DNA from: Antedon mediterranea
Taxonomy: Eukaryota; Animalia; Echinodermata
Assembly: GCF_964355755.1 (NCBI RefSeq)
Contig: NC_092677.1
Span: 1,386,101 to 1,450,100 of the forward strand
DNA length: 64,000 nucleotides
Direction: 5' to 3'
Shown one piece after another: positions 61,201-64,000 of this stretch (its first letter is position 1; each line of letters opens with the position of its first letter). The position numbers and the translations under genes were made by a program. The notes below the pieces were generated by a model that worked only from the letters and a program-made list of their open reading frames with translations, was not told the origin of the DNA and did not search any database.

Positions 61201-63891
61201 AGATAAATAAGGGCTCACCAACCCCGAAAACTAATTCAAGAGGTGCCGTCCATTCAAAATTGTATAGAGAAAGATGTTCTATTTATGCATCATGCACGTT
61301 TTCATGTTGACTGTATAATAATTAGGCAATTAAGATAATTGTTTCAGATTAATTTTCAATTTAAATATTTCAAACCATTTTGATGACATGTTTAGTTGTG
61401 TTTTTATACATGCAAGTATTGTATACCGGTAGTTGAATTTGCCAAGTGAAAATTACTGTATGTCGGAGATTACATAACGGTATTTGGATTTTATTAAAAT
61501 ATTGGTAATTTTTAATAAATAGCCAACCTTCACACCTAAAGTGTACTCTTATCATTTTTTTTCTCAAACTACATGCCCAATAGTGTTTTCCAGACAACAC
61601 ACACACCCACACCCACAGCTTCGTCTGTCAAACTAACACACGCAAGCGTAGTGTCTGTCAAACTAACACACGCAAGTACACCTCAAATAATGTCATTATT
61701 TTCAAAGATATGCCATTTGATATTATTTTTCCTCATAAAACATTTTGCCATTATGACTTTCTGCCATTCTATCAAGAATAGTTAATAACCAAAGGATTTA
61801 CAGTGATTAAAGTACAATTAAAACGGCGTAATAAATTTTCACCAATTGCATGCTAATTTTTTAAAGACAAAAACACTTTTATGTGATTATTGAGAAATTT
61901 TTTTCCGCATTTATACTTTGAAATGTAGTATATTAAACATAATTAAATAAATTATAAGACATAGTTATGATAATTTTATTATTTGTTCAAGAAAAACAAC
62001 AAAATTTTGTCCGTCAAAACTAACACACGCAATTGCTACACCAATTAAATTAAAATACATTTTTTGAAGTTCATGTTCAGTGACTTATCTTTTTTTTAGT
62101 ATTGCCTGAAAGATATGTTTTTACTCAACAATTTCAGGTTATAAAAAAAAAAAAAGGTTAAAGATGAAAAATTGACCTCTGTGTTACAGTTTTATAACAC
62201 TTTAGCATATTTTGAGTCATTTACATACCATACAGACATAACATTAGAACCTGACCATAGAATCAGACACAAATGGAAACAACCAGCAATTTCCATATCT
62301 TTTAGGTACAGCACAACCATCAACATCAAGCACTATTTAATAAAAGTAGTTTTAAAAATTAATGACATATCAAACTTACCACTACGCTTACTTGTGTGAT
62401 TAGAGATTTTAATCTCATCATCACTTGATCCAGATGAATTAAGGTAATTAGTTTCTACAGTCTCTAGGCCTCCTGTATTTCTCTTGCAGGCTAAATAAAA
62501 ATATAGTAGTTTAATATTTATAGCAGCCTATGCAACATACATGTACAGTAATTCTTCATTTGGGGTAAATGGTGATTGATAGCAGACATTTTCAAATTTT
62601 GGATAGTGGAAGATAATATTTTGATCCAGGAGCTATAGGCTTTATGGGAGGTTATTACCATTTATCCTTTTTTTTTCACCATTATTCTCATCGTTATTAA
62701 TAATGAGGTTTTTGTTGTATTTTGTTATTTCTGAAGAATGCACCTTTGTAATTATTAAGTATGCTAATGATTTAAAGGTGTAGTAGGGAAGTAAATCTAA
62801 ATAAATAAACTAGCCTCTATAGAGGATACTAATATCTACTGGCTAGTAGTAGTAGTAGTAGTAGTAGTAGTATTATTAGGCTGGCTGCTTAAAAGGTAAT
62901 TCCCTACCCAAGCCTAGATGAAGTTTTGTATAAAGTTGGTAGGAGCCCTACTAAGAAAGGTTAGCAAAAGCTCATGGTTAATGTTATTGCTACTGACCTG
63001 CTGATATGTCATCATCGGAAGTATCGACATCGGAAGTATCGACATCTGTTGTAGAAACCTCCCATGCTTTTCTCTCTGCTGCTGGAGGAACTTTGGTAGT
63101 TGTTACTAGACAAACAGAGTCTATGTTGTAATCAGAAAATGTGCAATTTAAACTATTATCATAGAAATAATTAGATACATTTATTGTTTAAAAGGGACTG
63201 CTAATTTCAATTTTTTATTTTATGATTCCAGATCAATTATTTATTTTACATATCAAAATAATTTCTTTTTTTTCCAGTAAAAAACCCTTGCCAAGGGGAC
63301 ATTATTTTGTTCCTGAAGCCTTAATAGGGGTTATACTGAACGTAACTAGAGGTGGTCCAGTGAAATAGAAAACGTTAACAATGCAAACTTCTTTGTTAAG
63401 AACAATCTCAACGCACACAATTGTGTTATAAGTACGGAAAGGTAAATCAACAAAAAAAAAACTATACTCAACGATAAATGTCCCAATCGAATACGACATT
63501 GCTACCTCCCAGATCGGGCCCATAAAAACATAGGGATAGGCCTAGAGGCGGCCTCTACTCTAACCTAGTAAATAACTACATAACATGTCATTGTATTGTT
63601 AAAGTTACTGACCTGCTGACTCTGTCGGTATGTCATCATCAGAAGTATCGACATCTGTTGTAGAAACCTCCCATGCTTTTCTCTTTGCTGCTGGAGGAAC
63701 TTCGGTAGTCGAAATCCCAGTAGGTGACCCTTCTGTATCATCAACAGCAGAACATCCATTATTGATTGATTGAATTGAACCGTTCCCACGTACAATTAGG
63801 CCTACTTCATCATCTTCACTTGAAGAATAGTAAAGCATACGCTCAGTTGGATAAGCAGTGCTGTGTGTTGTTGTTACTTGACAAACAGATT
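55203..63891 (-). CDS. Multi-exon Sola-like DDD/E transposase (or domesticated derivative), 5' end outside the window. Exons 63891-63613, 63120-62998, 62490-62380, 59332-59027, 58631-58357, 58064-57943, 57470-57080, 56764-56248, [one uncertain], ~55851-55725, 55532-55203
   Basis: Phase-compatible GT-AG splicing gives an acidic N-terminus, CCC..C, CSKC..H, and catalytic-like IIDGMDQ, LQLDNSGKDNKN and FLMVGHTHEDIDQLFS. Linking the three most 5' exons is inferred from phase only. Confidence 0.75.
59999..62032. repeat. Dispersed ~22-bp motif (T/C)GTCAAAACTAAC(G/A)CACGCAA in both orientations
   Basis: Forward at ~60191, 60357, 61625, 61655 and 62011; reverse (GTGCGTTATATTTGAC) at ~60597 and 60663. 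Confidence 0.7.
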
Positions 63892-64000
63892 CTGTATCGT
63901 AATCAGAAAATTTGCAATTTGATTAAATTATTATCATACATAATTAATTAGATATTAAATCAAGAATGATTCCACCGAAATTTTGAGTTAAAATAACGAT

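Noticed and set aside
43800-63600. High frequency of (T)AGGCCT(A) palindromes as a functional signal or species marker
   Set aside because: Scattered without positional pattern; likely a genome-wide compositional trait, insufficient to assign function or taxon.

Overview
AT-rich, intron-containing metazoan (probably invertebrate) genomic DNA; the ORF track shows only isolated exons. Positions 1-41,900 hold a head-to-tail (+ strand) tandem array of about 11 paralogous immunoglobulin-superfamily receptor genes (my labels G1-G11). Each complete copy has 7 coding exons: leader / V-type Ig / C2-I-type Ig / 24-27 nt Thr-Ser stalk micro-exon / TM / 33-nt exon / tail exon with YMTY..YQDL-x9-YVNV. By manual splicing, five copies are intact (G5-G9). 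G1 is cut by the window edge, G4 has a tail frameshift, G11 lost its TM and tail, and G2, G3 and G10 are pseudogenes. V domains are highly diversified, C2 exons are mosaics and the tyrosine tail is nearly invariant. A weak donor followed by a stop and AATAAA after the C2 exon suggests a secreted/membrane switch. This looks like a diversified, germline-encoded immune or allorecognition receptor family. The array is invaded by nested TEs: a hAT element carrying a LINE with intact EN-RT ORF2, Harbinger-like and MULE-like MITEs, and tiny P-like footprints. A TE nest occupies about 41.9-53.7 kb. It is followed by a 56-bp minisatellite and an intron-rich Sola-like DDD/E transposase gene on the minus strand (55.2 kb to beyond the window end). 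All calls were made by eye, with no database searches.
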